DNA of 64,000 nt, taken from NCBI GenBank assembly GCA_963828255.1, contig CAWHDZ010000034.1, forward strand, positions 32,001-96,000. Direction: 5' to 3'. Position 1 is the first letter of the stretch. Every line of letters starts with the position of its first letter. Under the pieces are notes generated by a model. The model made no database searches, was not told the DNA's origin, and was given only the letters and a program-made list of their open reading frames with translations. A program made the position numbers and the translations under genes. This DNA comes from an uncultured delta proteobacterium. Lineage in GTDB: Bacteria; Myxococcota; Myxococcia; Myxococcales; Anaeromyxobacteraceae. Below, in pieces: positions 9,633-19,780 of this stretch.

Positions 9633-10304
9633 ATGTTCCGCCGACGACACCGCCGCGAGCGCATCCTCCTCCCCGGCGAGAGCGAGGGGCGCCGGAGCTT
9701 CCTCAAGTACGGGCTGGCCGGCGCGGCGATCCTGGCCGTGGGCGGCGGGACCTGGCTGGGAACGCGGCGGACGCGCCCGTCGTCGGGACTGTCCGGGGCC
9801 TTCACGGTCCTCTCGCCCGAGGAGGCCACGGTCTTCCTCGAGCTCTCCGAGCGGCTCCTGCCCCCGCGCCCGGGATTCCCGGCCCCGCTCGACGTGGACC
9901 TCCCCCGGCGCATCGACGCCCTCCTCGGGCTCATGCCCCCGGAGGGGCAGAAGGAGGTCCGCCAGCTCGTCGGGCTCTTCGAGAACGCGCTGGCCGGGCT
10001 CCTCCTCGACGGACAGTGGAAACCCTTCACCGCCTCGACGAACGAGCAGCAGGACGCGCGCATCCGCTCCTGGCAGCAGAGCCGCCTCGAGGTGCGGCGC
10101 ACCGGCTACCGGGCCCTGAAGAAGATCGTCTACTCGAGCTACTACGGGGCCCGCGAGACCTGGGCCGCCATCGGCTACCCCGGGCCGCCCCCGACCGGCG
10201 GCATGGTCGAGCGCGAGCCACGCTTCGTCCCCGGTACCATCACCGAGGGTGCATCCCCCTCCCCGCTCGCCCCTCCCCCCGCCCTGCCCGAGGTGAAGCC
10301 GTGA
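9633..10304 (+). CDS. Tat-signal accessory subunit of a GMC oxidoreductase (gluconate dehydrogenase subunit 3-like)
   Basis: GRRSFLKYG twin-arginine motif; C-terminal YY...W..IGYPGP; overlaps the GMC gene. Confidence 0.75.
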   Translation: MFRRRHRRERILLPGESEGRRSFLKYGLAGAAILAVGGGTWLGTRRTRPSSGLSGAFTVLSPEEATVFLELSERLLPPRPGFPAPLDVDLPRRIDALLGLMPPEGQKEVRQLVGLFENALAGLLLDGQWKPFTASTNEQQDARIRSWQQSRLEVRRTGYRALKKIVYSSYYGARETWAAIGYPGPPPTGGMVEREPRFVPGTITEGASPSPLAPPPALPEVKP

Positions 10305-11848
10305 CCGACACCCCGGGGCGCTTCCTCGACGCGGCCGCGCTCCGGAAGGACGTGGACGACCGGCCCGACGTCTGCGTGGTGGGCTCCGGGCCGGGCGGCG
10401 CGGTGGTGGCGGCGCGCCTGGCCGCGCGCGGGCTGCGGGTCACGGTGCTGGAGGAGGGCGGCCGCTTCCCCCCCGACCAGATGAAGATGGACGAGTCCTG
10501 GGCCTATCCCGCCATGTACCAGGACCGGGGCATGCGGGCCACGGCCGACCTGGCCATCACCGTCCTGCAGGGGCGGGGCGTGGGGGGCGGCACCCTGATC
10601 AACTGGACCACGAGCTTCCGCACCCCGCCGCGGGTGCTGCGCCACTGGGCCCAGGCCTTCGGCGTGACCGGGCTCGACGAGAAGGCCCTCGAGCCCCACT
10701 TCGACGCGGTGGAGCGGCGCCTCTCCATCGCCCCCTGGCCCATCGAGGCCGCCAACGAGAACAACAAGGTCCTCTGGGACGGGGCCGGCAAGCTGGGGTG
10801 GGACCGCGAGACGACCCGCCGCAACGTGACCGGCTGCCAGTCGCTCGGCTTCTGCGGGACGGGCTGCCCGGTCGGCGCCAAGAACTCGCTCGACCTCACC
10901 TACCTCGAGGACGCCGTGAAGGCCGGGGCCAAGGTCTACGCCCGGGCCCGGGTGGTGCGGCTCGAGAAGGCGGGGCGGCGCATCGCCGCGGTCCACGCGG
11001 TGGCCCTCGACGCGAACTTCCGCCCCACGGCGCGCAAGGTGGTGGTCCGGCCGCGCCTCGTGGTGCTCGCCGCCGGGGCCATCGGCACGCCGGAGATCCT
11101 GCTCCGCAGCGGCTACGACCCGAACGGCAAGGTGGGGCGACGAACCTTCCTCCACCCGGTGGTGGGGAGCGCCGGCTTCTTCTCCCGCCCCATCCTCCCC
11201 TTCTACGGAGCCCCCCAGTCGGTGGCCAGCCACCACTTCGCCGAGCGGGGAGGCGGGAAGGTCTCCTTCTTCCTCGAGGCCGCGCCGGTCCACCCGGTCC
11301 TGGCGGCCACCTCCTTCGGCGGCTTCGGGGCCGAGCAGCAGGACCAGATGGCGCGGATGGCCAGCGCCAGCGCCCTCATCGCGCTGGCCGTGGACGGGTT
11401 CCTCCCCGAGGAGAAGGGGGGGACGGTCTCGCTGCGCACCGACGGGCGGGTCCGGCTCGACTACGAGATCCGCCCGGAGATCTGGGAGGCGCTGCGCGAG
11501 GGCTCGAAGGCGCTGGCCCGCGTCCAGTTCGCCGCCGGCGCCACCGAGGTCCGCTCCTTCCACGAGGATCCGGTGGTGATGCGCGGCGAGGGCGACGTGG
11601 GGCTCCTCGACCGGGCCCGCTGGGAGCCGAACCGGGTGGCGGTCTTCAGCGCCCACCCCATGGGCGGCTGCCCCATGGGGCGCGACCCGGAGAAGAGCGT
11701 GGTGGACTCGCGCCTCAAGGTGCACTGGCTCGACAACGTCTGGATCACCGACGGCTCGGTCTTCCCCACCTCCCTGGGCGTGAACCCCATGGAGTCGATC
11801 CTGGGCGTGGCCCACTGGGCCTCCGACCACATCGCCGGGGCGACGTAG
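10301..11848 (+). CDS. GMC family FAD oxidoreductase
   Basis: DVCVVGSGPGG, GRGVGGGTLIN, C...GFCGTGCP, SAHPMG, DGSVFPTSLGVNP. Confidence 0.92.
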   Translation: MTDTPGRFLDAAALRKDVDDRPDVCVVGSGPGGAVVAARLAARGLRVTVLEEGGRFPPDQMKMDESWAYPAMYQDRGMRATADLAITVLQGRGVGGGTLINWTTSFRTPPRVLRHWAQAFGVTGLDEKALEPHFDAVERRLSIAPWPIEAANENNKVLWDGAGKLGWDRETTRRNVTGCQSLGFCGTGCPVGAKNSLDLTYLEDAVKAGAKVYARARVVRLEKAGRRIAAVHAVALDANFRPTARKVVVRPRLVVLAAGAIGTPEILLRSGYDPNGKVGRRTFLHPVVGSAGFFSRPILPFYGAPQSVASHHFAERGGGKVSFFLEAAPVHPVLAATSFGGFGAEQQDQMARMASASALIALAVDGFLPEEKGGTVSLRTDGRVRLDYEIRPEIWEALREGSKALARVQFAAGATEVRSFHEDPVVMRGEGDVGLLDRARWEPNRVAVFSAHPMGGCPMGRDPEKSVVDSRLKVHWLDNVWITDGSVFPTSLGVNPMESILGVAHWASDHIAGAT

Positions 11849-11922
11849 CGCCCGTCGCTTGACTCGGCTCGCCCGATCGGGTTCCGATCGCCCCCTTTCC
11901 TTCGCGAAGGGGCACCACACCG

Positions 11923-13284
11923 ATGCAGACCAAGTACCTCCTGTCCGAGAACCAGATCCCCACCCACTGGTACAACGTCATCCCCGACCTCCCCGGGCCG
12001 ATGTCGCCGGTGCTCCACCCCGGCACGAAGCAGCCCGTCACCCCCGCCGACCTGCTCCCCCTCTTCCCCATGGGGCTCATCGAGCAGGAGATGAGCCCTG
12101 AACGCTGGGTGAAGATCCCCGACGAGGTCCGCGAGATCTACCGGATCTGGCGCCCCAGCCCGCTCTTCCGCGCCCACCGGCTCGAGAAGGCGCTCGGCAC
12201 CCCGGCCCGCATCTACTACAAGTACGAGGGGGTCTCGCCGGCCGGGTCGCACAAGCCCAACACGGCGGTGCCCCAGGCCTACTACAACAAGATCGGCGGA
12301 ACGAAGCGCATCGCCAGCGAGACCGGCGCCGGGCAGTGGGGAAGCTCCATCGCGCTGGCCTGCAAGATGTTCGGCCTCGAGTGCACCGTCTACATGGTGA
12401 AGGTGAGCTTCGAGCAGAAGCCCTACCGCAAGAGCATGATGCAGCTCTGGGGCGCCGAGGTCATCCCCTCGCCCTCCCCCCGCACCAACGCCGGGCGGGG
12501 CATCCTGGCCCGAGACCCGGACAGCCAGGGCTCGCTGGGCATCGCCATCAGCGAGGCGGTGGAGGACGCCGCCACCCGCGAGGACACCCGCTACGCGCTG
12601 GGCAGCGTGCTGAACCACGTCTGCATGCACCAGACCGTCATCGGCCTCGAGTCGAAGGAGCAGATGAAGCTGGCCGGCGACACCCCGGACGTGGTCATCG
12701 GCTGCCACGGCGGCGGCTCCAACTTCGCCGGCATCGCCTTCCCCTACGTGGCCGACAAGGCCACCGGTTCCAAGGTGCGGCTCATCGCCGCCGAGCCCAG
12801 CTCCTGCCCCACGCTCACCAAGGGCGTCTACGCCTTCGACTACGGCGACACCGCCCAGATGGCCCCCATCTCCCACATGTACACGCTGGGTCACGACTTC
12901 ATGCCCCCGGGGATCCACGCCGGAGGGCTGCGCTACCACGGCGCCTCGCCGCTGGTCTCCCAGCTCGTGAACGCCGGGATCATCGAGGCCCGCGCCGTCG
13001 GCCAGATGGCGGTCTTCGAGGCCGCGGTGACCTTCGCGCGCACCGAGGCCATCATCCCGGCCCCCGAGTCCTCCCACGCCATCCGGGTGGCCATCGACGA
13101 GGCCCTGCAGGCAAAGCAGGAGGGGAAGGAGAAGGTCATCCTCTTCAATCTCTCCGGCCACGGACACGTGGACATGGCGGCCTACGACGCCTACTTCTCC
13201 GGCAAGCTGGAGGACTTCGAGTACCCGGCCGAGCGGGTGAAGGAGTCGCTGGCCCACCTGCCGAAGGTCGAGTTCGCGAGGTGA
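11923..13284 (+). CDS. trpB2: TrpB-like PLP enzyme (TrpB2)
   Basis: [48 protein letters not shown]; no trpA adjacent. Confidence 0.93.
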   Translation: MQTKYLLSENQIPTHWYNVIPDLPGPMSPVLHPGTKQPVTPADLLPLFPMGLIEQEMSPERWVKIPDEVREIYRIWRPSPLFRAHRLEKALGTPARIYYKYEGVSPAGSHKPNTAVPQAYYNKIGGTKRIASETGAGQWGSSIALACKMFGLECTVYMVKVSFEQKPYRKSMMQLWGAEVIPSPSPRTNAGRGILARDPDSQGSLGIAISEAVEDAATREDTRYALGSVLNHVCMHQTVIGLESKEQMKLAGDTPDVVIGCHGGGSNFAGIAFPYVADKATGSKVRLIAAEPSSCPTLTKGVYAFDYGDTAQMAPISHMYTLGHDFMPPGIHAGGLRYHGASPLVSQLVNAGIIEARAVGQMAVFEAAVTFARTEAIIPAPESSHAIRVAIDEALQAKQEGKEKVILFNLSGHGHVDMAAYDAYFSGKLEDFEYPAERVKESLAHLPKVEFAR

Positions 13285-13333
13285 ACCCCGCGCGACCCGT
13301 CCTCGTCCGGGTTCAACGCGCTCGAGAAGCGCG

Positions 13334-13825
13334 TCACCGCGCTGGTGATGGCAGAGCAGGACCGCCACGAGCGGGACGAGCGGGGCGCCCCGGCAGGTTG
13401 ACGGGCGCGTCGGTGTAGTCGGGGAGCATCTCGACGAAGGCGCGGAAGTGCTCGAGCCCCACGCCGCCCGGCCCCTCCGCCGAGCGCACCGGGAACCCTC
13501 CTCCGGGCACGAGCAGGATGGCCTCGCCGCGGCGCGGGTCCACCAGCACCGCGCGGATGTCGTCCCAGCGCACCGCGTGGAGCACGCTCCCGTCGCCACG
13601 CACGCGCCGGATCCCGGTCCCGTCGAGGACCAGCACTCCCAGTCGCGCCGCCTCGTCCCGGCGCGCCACCCAGAGCAGCGCGCCGGCCGCCGCGGCGGGC
13701 GCCGGGAGCAGCGGCGAGAGCGATCCGGCCTCGGGGGCGAGGAGCGCCGCCAGCGTGCCGCAGAGCGCCGCGCCCACGATGAGGGCCACGGGCGCGAGCG
13801 AGAAGGAGCGGTACCGGAAGGTCAT
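13334..13825 (-). CDS. Hypothetical membrane protein (2 TM plus PH-like tail)
   Basis: Two hydrophobic segments then LDGTGI...VRWDDIRAV; fits the gap between trpB2 and mraZ. Confidence 0.6.
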   Translation of the reverse strand: MTFRYRSFSLAPVALIVGAALCGTLAALLAPEAGSLSPLLPAPAAAAGALLWVARRDEAARLGVLVLDGTGIRRVRGDGSVLHAVRWDDIRAVLVDPRRGEAILLVPGGGFPVRSAEGPGGVGLEHFRAFVEMLPDYTDAPVNLPGRPARPARGGPALPSPAR

Positions 13826-14040
13826 GGGTGGTGAACGTCGGGGCGTCGGAGCGACGATCCTCCCGGTATCGCCCGGGCGCCAGTTTTCAGGCCGCCTCCG
13901 CCCCCTCCCCACCGGTTGCGTGTAGGTACCGCTCCTCCCCCTATCCCTCGTTCACCGGCTAGACGTCTGAGCAGTGCAAGCATCGGTATCTCCGAGCCTT
14001 CTTGACTTCCGGGGCCCGATCTTCGTAGATCGACCCGTCG

Positions 14041-14075
14041 GTGGGAAAAAGTGTCACCCAGCGGATCTTGGTGTC
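14041..14075 (+). promoter_or_regulatory. Putative MraZ-binding direct repeats
   Basis: GTGGG/GTGTC/GCGGA/GTGTC at exact 10-bp spacing (14041, 14051, 14061, 14071) just before mraZ; TTGACT at 14002. Confidence 0.6.
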
Positions 14076-14090
14076 AGGATCGGTCAGGCC

Positions 14091-14522
14091 GTGTTCTTCG
14101 GGAACTTCCAGCATTCGATCGACGCGAAGGGGCGAACCAGCCTCCCGGTGAAGTTCCGGGAAGCGCTCGCCGCGGCGGGCGAGCCGAAGCTGGTGCTCAC
14201 CCAGTACCCGTACTGGCGGGCCGTGCAGGCGCTCCCGCAGTCGGTGTGGAAGGAGCTCGAGAAGAAGGTGCTCACCACGAGCCCCCTCGACGCCCGCGCC
14301 CAGCGCAACATCCTGCGCTTCTACTCCTCCGCCCACGAGGTGGACCTCGACGTCCACGGCCGCGTCCTGGTGCCGCCCATCCTCCGCGACTTCGCCCAGC
14401 TCTCGAAGGACGTGGTCTGGGTCGGCATGGGGCGCACCATCCAGCTCTTCGACCGCGCCGCCTACGACGAGCAGATGCTGCAGGACATCCCCCCCGGCGA
14501 CGTCGTGGACTTCTTCGGATAG
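14091..14522 (+). CDS. mraZ: Division/cell-wall cluster regulator MraZ
   Basis: [15 protein letters not shown]...[10 protein letters not shown]; first gene of the dcw cluster. Confidence 0.95.
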   Translation: MFFGNFQHSIDAKGRTSLPVKFREALAAAGEPKLVLTQYPYWRAVQALPQSVWKELEKKVLTTSPLDARAQRNILRFYSSAHEVDLDVHGRVLVPPILRDFAQLSKDVVWVGMGRTIQLFDRAAYDEQMLQDIPPGDVVDFFG

Positions 14523-14525
14523 GCC

Positions 14526-14825
14526 ATGCACGTCCTCCGCGAACAGGCCGGCGTCACCGTGCTCCGCTGCTACGGGGAGCTCCCGCTCGCCGAGCTGGTC
14601 TCGGTCGCGGCCGCCGCGGCGCGGGCCCGCGCCGGCGGGAGCCTCGTGGTCGTGGACCTCTCCCGCGTCCGCCACCTCCACTACGCCGGGGCGCGGCTGC
14701 TCCGCGAGGTCCCCGGGCTGCGCCTGGCCGGCGCGAGCCCCTACCTGCGCGACCTCGTGCACGCCGGCGGCGGATTCGGCGTCGAGTTCCACCCCGACCT
14801 GGCCCACGCCCTGGAGGCCGGGTGA
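14526..14825 (+). CDS. Small STAS-like domain protein
   Basis: [11 protein letters not shown]...[15 protein letters not shown]...[13 protein letters not shown]; 3 nt after mraZ and overlapping rsmH. Confidence 0.75.
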   Translation: MHVLREQAGVTVLRCYGELPLAELVSVAAAAARARAGGSLVVVDLSRVRHLHYAGARLLREVPGLRLAGASPYLRDLVHAGGGFGVEFHPDLAHALEAG

Positions 14826-15757
14826 CCGGGTTCGCGCATGAAACCGTTCTCCAGAGCGAGGTCGTCCTGCTGCTCGCACCCCGCGAGGGCGCGCTCATCC
14901 TCGACGGCACCCTGGGCGGCGGCGGCCACTCCGAGGCGCTGCTCGAGCAGGGGGCGCGCGTGATCGGCACCGACCGCGACCCGCGCGCCATCGCCGCCGC
15001 GAAGGCCCGCCTGGCCCGCTTCGGCGAGGCCTTCCGCGCCGTGCGCGCCGACTTCCGCGACGCCGAGGGCGTGCTCCGCTCGCTGGGGATCGAACGGGTG
15101 GACGGGGCGCTCGTGGACCTGGGCGTCTCCTCTCCGCAGCTCGACGTGGGGGAGCGCGGCTTCTCCTTCTCCCGCCCCGGCCCGCTCGACATGCGGATGT
15201 CCGGCGAGGGGGAGACGCTCGCCGAGCTCCTCGAGCGCGCCGACGTGCGCGAGCTGACCCGCATCCTGCGCGAGTACGGCGAGGAGCCGTTCGCCCGCCC
15301 CATCGCCCGCGCCATCCGCGCCACCGTCGAGAAGCACGGCGCCCACTCCCTCGACACCGCCCGGCTCGCCGAGGTGGTGGCCGGCGCCATCCCGCGAAAG
15401 GCCTGGCCTCGCAGCATCCACCCGGCCACCCGCACCTTCCAGGCGCTGCGCATCGCCGTGAACGACGAGCTGGGGGCGCTGGCCGCCTGGCTCGAGGCGC
15501 TCCCGCGCGTGCTCGGCAAGGGTGGCCGCGCCGCCGCCGTGAGCTTCCACTCGCTGGAGGACCGGATGGTGAAGCGGGCCTTCCAGTCGCTCACCCGGGA
15601 GTGCACCTGCCCGCCGGGGTTCCCGGTGTGCCGCTGCGGCTCCGACCCCGAGTTCCGCCAGGTCACGAGGAAGGCGGTCACCGCCTCCGCGGCCGAGGTG
15701 GCCAGGAACCCCCGCTCCCGCAGCGCGAAGCTCCGCGCGGTGGTGAAGGTCCGGTGA
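14822..15757 (+). CDS. rsmH: 16S rRNA m4C1402 methyltransferase
   Basis: [62 protein letters not shown]. Confidence 0.97.
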   Translation: MTGFAHETVLQSEVVLLLAPREGALILDGTLGGGGHSEALLEQGARVIGTDRDPRAIAAAKARLARFGEAFRAVRADFRDAEGVLRSLGIERVDGALVDLGVSSPQLDVGERGFSFSRPGPLDMRMSGEGETLAELLERADVRELTRILREYGEEPFARPIARAIRATVEKHGAHSLDTARLAEVVAGAIPRKAWPRSIHPATRTFQALRIAVNDELGALAAWLEALPRVLGKGGRAAAVSFHSLEDRMVKRAFQSLTRECTCPPGFPVCRCGSDPEFRQVTRKAVTASAAEVARNPRSRSAKLRAVVKVR

Positions 15758-16188
15758 GGGGCTCCGGACGCGCGGGCGGCCCGACCGCCGTGCTGCTCGG
15801 GCTCCTGCTCGCGGCGCCGCTCCTCGGCGTCGGGCTCTTCCACGTGTGGTCGCGGACCCGCGTGCAGGCGACCGGCTACGCGCTGGGACGGCTGGAATCG
15901 GAGCACCGGCAGCTCCTCTCGGAGCGGGACCGGCTGAACCTCGAGGTTGCGACGTTGCGCTCGCCGGGCCGCCTGGAGCGGTTCGCACGCGAGCGACTGG
16001 GCATGGCTCCGCCGGCACCGGGTGCGGTGATGGCGGGTATGGCGGGCGGGAAGGTACGGGTTGGTGGGGTTGGCGACGGGGCAGATCAACGACCCGGCCC
16101 GGCGGAGCCAGATGTGAAGGAGCAGTCCAGGCGGCGGGAGGCCCGCAGCGGCCCCCTCGCGCGCGCGCCCGAGGCGGCGCGCCCCTGA
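15754..16188 (+). CDS. ftsL: Cell division protein FtsL
   Basis: TM helix, coiled coil, [17 protein letters not shown]; lies between rsmH and ftsI. Confidence 0.85.
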   Translation: MRGSGRAGGPTAVLLGLLLAAPLLGVGLFHVWSRTRVQATGYALGRLESEHRQLLSERDRLNLEVATLRSPGRLERFARERLGMAPPAPGAVMAGMAGGKVRVGGVGDGADQRPGPAEPDVKEQSRRREARSGPLARAPEAARP

Positions 16189-16194
16189 GGGGCG

Positions 16195-18204
16195 ATGCGC
16201 GCCGGGATCGAGCCCCGCACCGCGCGCTGGATGGCGATCCGCATCGGGATCGTCGCCTTGGCGTTCGCGGTGGGCTTCGTGGTGGTGGCGGCCCGCGCGG
16301 TCCAGCTCCAGATCCTGCAGGGCGACCGGCTCGGCGGCATGGCCCGCGACCAGTACCTGCGCGAGCTGACCCAGAAGCCGCGGCGCGGGACCATCACCGA
16401 CCGCAACGGCGCGGTGCTGGCCGGCAACGCCGAGGTCGACTCGATCTTCGTCGATCCCCGCACCTTCCCGGCCGGCGCCCGGACCCGCGACCTCGTCCGT
16501 CTCGGGAAGGCGCTGCAACTCGACCAGAAGGTGCTCGAGAAGAAGGTGGCGAAGGGCGCGCGCTTCGCCTGGGTGAAGCGCCGGGTCTCCCCGGCCGAGG
16601 CGGAGCAGGTCCGCGCCATGAAGCTCGCCGGGGTCGGCTTCGTGAAGGAGACCCGCCGCTACTACCCGCGCCGCGAGCTGGCCGGCCAGATCCTGGGCTT
16701 CGTCGGCGACGACGGAGAGGGGCTGGAGGGGGTCGAGAAGTCCTGGGACGAGTCGCTGCAGGGGGAGGCCATGCGGCTGCCCTCGCTGCGCGACGCGCGC
16801 GGGGCCCACCTGCTCGCCGCCGGGCCGGCGCCGGAGCGGGTGCTGGAGGGCGCGCGGGTCGAGCTGACCATCGACCAGGGGCTCCAGAACGCCGCCGAGC
16901 GGGCGCTGGTCCAGGCCGTCGCGCAAGCGCGTGCGGCGTCGGGGATGGCCGTGGCCATCGACCCGGCCACCGGCGAGATCCTGGCGCTGGCCACCGCGCC
17001 GCTGCTCAACCCCAACGCGCCCCGCAAGGAGGACCTTCGCAACCGCGCCGTCCTCGACACCTTCGAGGTGGGATCGACGGCCAAGGCCATCGTGCTGGCC
17101 CGCGCCCTCGACGAGGGGGCCATCACGCCGACCGGGCCGATCTTCTGCGAGAACGGTCGCTGGCCCATCGGCAAGCACACCATCCACGACCACAAGGGGC
17201 TCGGCTGGGCCCCGCCGGCGCGCGTGATGGCGGCGAGCTCCAACATCGGCGCGGCGAAGGTGGGAGGGAAGCTCGGCCGGGAGCGGCTGCAGCAGGCCTT
17301 CCTGGCCTTCGGCTTCGGCGAGCGGACCCAGGTCGGGGTCCCCGGCGAGCCCCGCGGCCAGATCCCCTTCCCGAAGGCCGAGATCTCGCTCGCCAACATG
17401 AGCTTCGGCCAGGGCCTCACCGCGACCCCGCTCCAGATCACCCTCGCCATGGGCGCCATCGCCAACCGCGGCATCCTCATGAAGCCCTGGCTCGTCCGGC
17501 GCGTCGTGGACCCGGTCTCGGGCGACATCCTCTCCGAGGCGGTGCCGACCCCGGTCCGGCGCGTGGTCTCGGCCGAGACCGCGGCGCAGGTCTCCCTCTG
17601 GCTGGAGGGGGTGGTCTCCGACGCCGACGGAACGGGCAAGAAGGCCCGGCTCGAGGGCTGGCGCGTGGCCGGGAAGACCGGCACGGCGCAGAAGGCCGAC
17701 GCCGCCACCGGTGGATACTCGGCCGACAAGCGCTTCTCCTCCTTCGTGGGCTACGCGCCGGCCAACGCGCCCCGGGTGGTCATCGGGGTCTTCATCGACG
17801 AGCCGAAGGGGGACGTCTACGGCGGGGACGTGGCCGCCCCGGTGTTCCGCGAGCTGACCGAGCACGCGCTCAAGGCGCGTGGGGTCCCCACCACCGGCGG
17901 CGCGCTGGCGGCGCTCGCTGCCCCCCTTCCGGTCCCCGCGGCGGACGCCGCTCCCGACCGGGACGAGGGGCTCACGCTCCCCTCGGTCGAGGTTCCCGCG
18001 CGCCGGGCCTCTCCCGAAGCGGGCGCCGTGGCGGTGCCGGTCGTCCAGGGACTCCCGGCCCGGGCCGCCCTGCGAAGGCTCGAGTCGGCCGACCTGGCCG
18101 GGGACATCCGGGGAAGCGGCCGGGTGACCGCGCAGGCTCCCCGCGCCGGGGAGGTCGTGAAGCGGGGGACGCGGGTCCGCCTCACGCTGGCGCCTCCGGG
18201 TTGA
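16195..18204 (+). CDS. ftsI: Penicillin-binding protein 3 with C-terminal PASTA domain
   Basis: RGTITDRNG, STAK (SxxK), SSN, KTGT; PASTA-like C-terminus. Confidence 0.95.
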   Translation: MRAGIEPRTARWMAIRIGIVALAFAVGFVVVAARAVQLQILQGDRLGGMARDQYLRELTQKPRRGTITDRNGAVLAGNAEVDSIFVDPRTFPAGARTRDLVRLGKALQLDQKVLEKKVAKGARFAWVKRRVSPAEAEQVRAMKLAGVGFVKETRRYYPRRELAGQILGFVGDDGEGLEGVEKSWDESLQGEAMRLPSLRDARGAHLLAAGPAPERVLEGARVELTIDQGLQNAAERALVQAVAQARAASGMAVAIDPATGEILALATAPLLNPNAPRKEDLRNRAVLDTFEVGSTAKAIVLARALDEGAITPTGPIFCENGRWPIGKHTIHDHKGLGWAPPARVMAASSNIGAAKVGGKLGRERLQQAFLAFGFGERTQVGVPGEPRGQIPFPKAEISLANMSFGQGLTATPLQITLAMGAIANRGILMKPWLVRRVVDPVSGDILSEAVPTPVRRVVSAETAAQVSLWLEGVVSDADGTGKKARLEGWRVAGKTGTAQKADAATGGYSADKRFSSFVGYAPANAPRVVIGVFIDEPKGDVYGGDVAAPVFRELTEHALKARGVPTTGGALAALAAPLPVPAADAAPDRDEGLTLPSVEVPARRASPEAGAVAVPVVQGLPARAALRRLESADLAGDIRGSGRVTAQAPRAGEVVKRGTRVRLTLAPPG

Positions 18205-18286
18205 CCCCCGCGGAATTCGGGAGCAAAAAGCTGCTCCCGATATCGCACCGGGCTACGCTCCCGGGCAGGTCGGGAAGGGCGAGAAC

Positions 18287-19780
18287 ATGCTGCTGTCCAG
18301 GGTCATCGTAGGCACCGGCGCGTCGCTCGGGCAGGCGCCCGACGCCGAGGTGTCGGCGGTGACCTCTGATTCACGGAGAGTGAAACCAGGCGCGCTCTTC
18401 GTGGCCGTCCCCGGGGCCCGCGCCGACGGGGCCGACTTCGCCCCGGCCGCGGTCCGGTCCGGAGCGGTGGCCGTGCTGGCCGAGCGCCCCCTCGACTGCC
18501 CACCTTCGCCGGTGCTGCTCGTCCCCTCGGCGCGAAGGGCGCTGGCCATCGCCGCCGGGAACCTGCACGGGCGCCCCGGCGAGCGGCTCGCCCTCTGCGG
18601 CGTCACCGGCACCAAGGGGAAGACCACCGTCACCTACCTCGTCGAGGCCTGCGCCGCGGCGGCCGGCGTCGCCACCGGCGTCGTCGGCACGGTGAACGTC
18701 CGCCTCCCGGGGCGCACCCTCCCCTCCTCGCACACCACGCCCGACGCCGCCGAGCTCCAGGAGTTCCTGGCCGCCATGCTGGAGGCGGGCGCGCGCCTGG
18801 GCATCCTGGAGGTCTCCTCCCACGCCCTCGACCAGGAGCGGGTGGCCGGACTCCCCTTCCGCGCCGCCGGCTTCACCAACCTGGGGCGCGACCACCTCGA
18901 CTACCACCCGGACGTGGAGTCCTACTTCCAGGCCAAGCGGCGCCTCTTCACCGAGGGTCTCAGCAGCGACGGGGTGGCGGTGGTCAACGCCGGCGACGCC
19001 CACGGGGCCCTCCTCGCGGCCGGGCTGCGCGCCGCCGGGCGGACGGTGTGGCGCTTCGGCGTCCCCGGCGCCGAGATCGCGCCCCGGTCGGTGGCCATCG
19101 ACCTGTCGGGGATCCGCACGGTTCTGGCGACGCCGGCCGGCGAGGTGGCGCTGTCGTCGCCGCTGGTGGGCGCGCACAACCTCGAGAACCTCATGCTCGC
19201 CGCGGGCCTGGCGCTCGCGGTCGGGCTTCCGGTCGAGGCGGTCTCGGCCGGCCTCTCCGCCTCGCGCGGCGCCCCGGGACGCCTCGAGCGCATCGACGGT
19301 CGCGGGGTGTCGGCCTTCGTCGACTACGCCCACACGCCCGACTCGCTCTCCGCCGCCTGCGCGGCCGTCCGCGCCCTCTCGCCGCGCCGGCTCGTCGTGG
19401 TCTTCGGCTGCGGCGGCGACCGGGACCGGGGCAAGCGGCCGCTCATGGGGCGCGCCGCCGGCCTGGCCGCCGACCTGGTGGTGGTGACGAGCGACAACCC
19501 GCGCACCGAGGATCCCCGGGCCATCCTCGACGCCATCGTACCGGGAGTGGAGGAGGCCGGGCTCTGCCGCCTCTCCCGCGAGCGGCTGCTCGCCGGGGAG
19601 CGGGGCTACCTGGTCGAGGAGGACCGGCGGGCCGCCATCGCGCTGGCGCTCTCCGCCGCCCGCCCTGGCGACGCGGTGCTCATCGCCGGCAAGGGGCACG
19701 AGGACTACCAGATCGTGGGAACCGAGCGGCGCCCCTTCGACGATCGGGAGGAGGCCCGCCGGGGCCTCGAGGCCGCGTGA
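18287..19780 (+). CDS. murE: UDP-MurNAc-dipeptide:meso-DAP ligase
   Basis: GVTGTKGKTT, EVSSHALDQ, DYAHTPD, DNPR, AGKGHE. Confidence 0.95.
   Translation: MLLSRVIVGTGASLGQAPDAEVSAVTSDSRRVKPGALFVAVPGARADGADFAPAAVRSGAVAVLAERPLDCPPSPVLLVPSARRALAIAAGNLHGRPGERLALCGVTGTKGKTTVTYLVEACAAAAGVATGVVGTVNVRLPGRTLPSSHTTPDAAELQEFLAAMLEAGARLGILEVSSHALDQERVAGLPFRAAGFTNLGRDHLDYHPDVESYFQAKRRLFTEGLSSDGVAVVNAGDAHGALLAAGLRAAGRTVWRFGVPGAEIAPRSVAIDLSGIRTVLATPAGEVALSSPLVGAHNLENLMLAAGLALAVGLPVEAVSAGLSASRGAPGRLERIDGRGVSAFVDYAHTPDSLSAACAAVRALSPRRLVVVFGCGGDRDRGKRPLMGRAAGLAADLVVVTSDNPRTEDPRAILDAIVPGVEEAGLCRLSRERLLAGERGYLVEEDRRAAIALALSAARPGDAVLIAGKGHEDYQIVGTERRPFDDREEARRGLEAA

Noticed and set aside
11923..13284. trpB without trpA as an anomaly
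   Set aside because: Stand-alone location is normal for TrpB2
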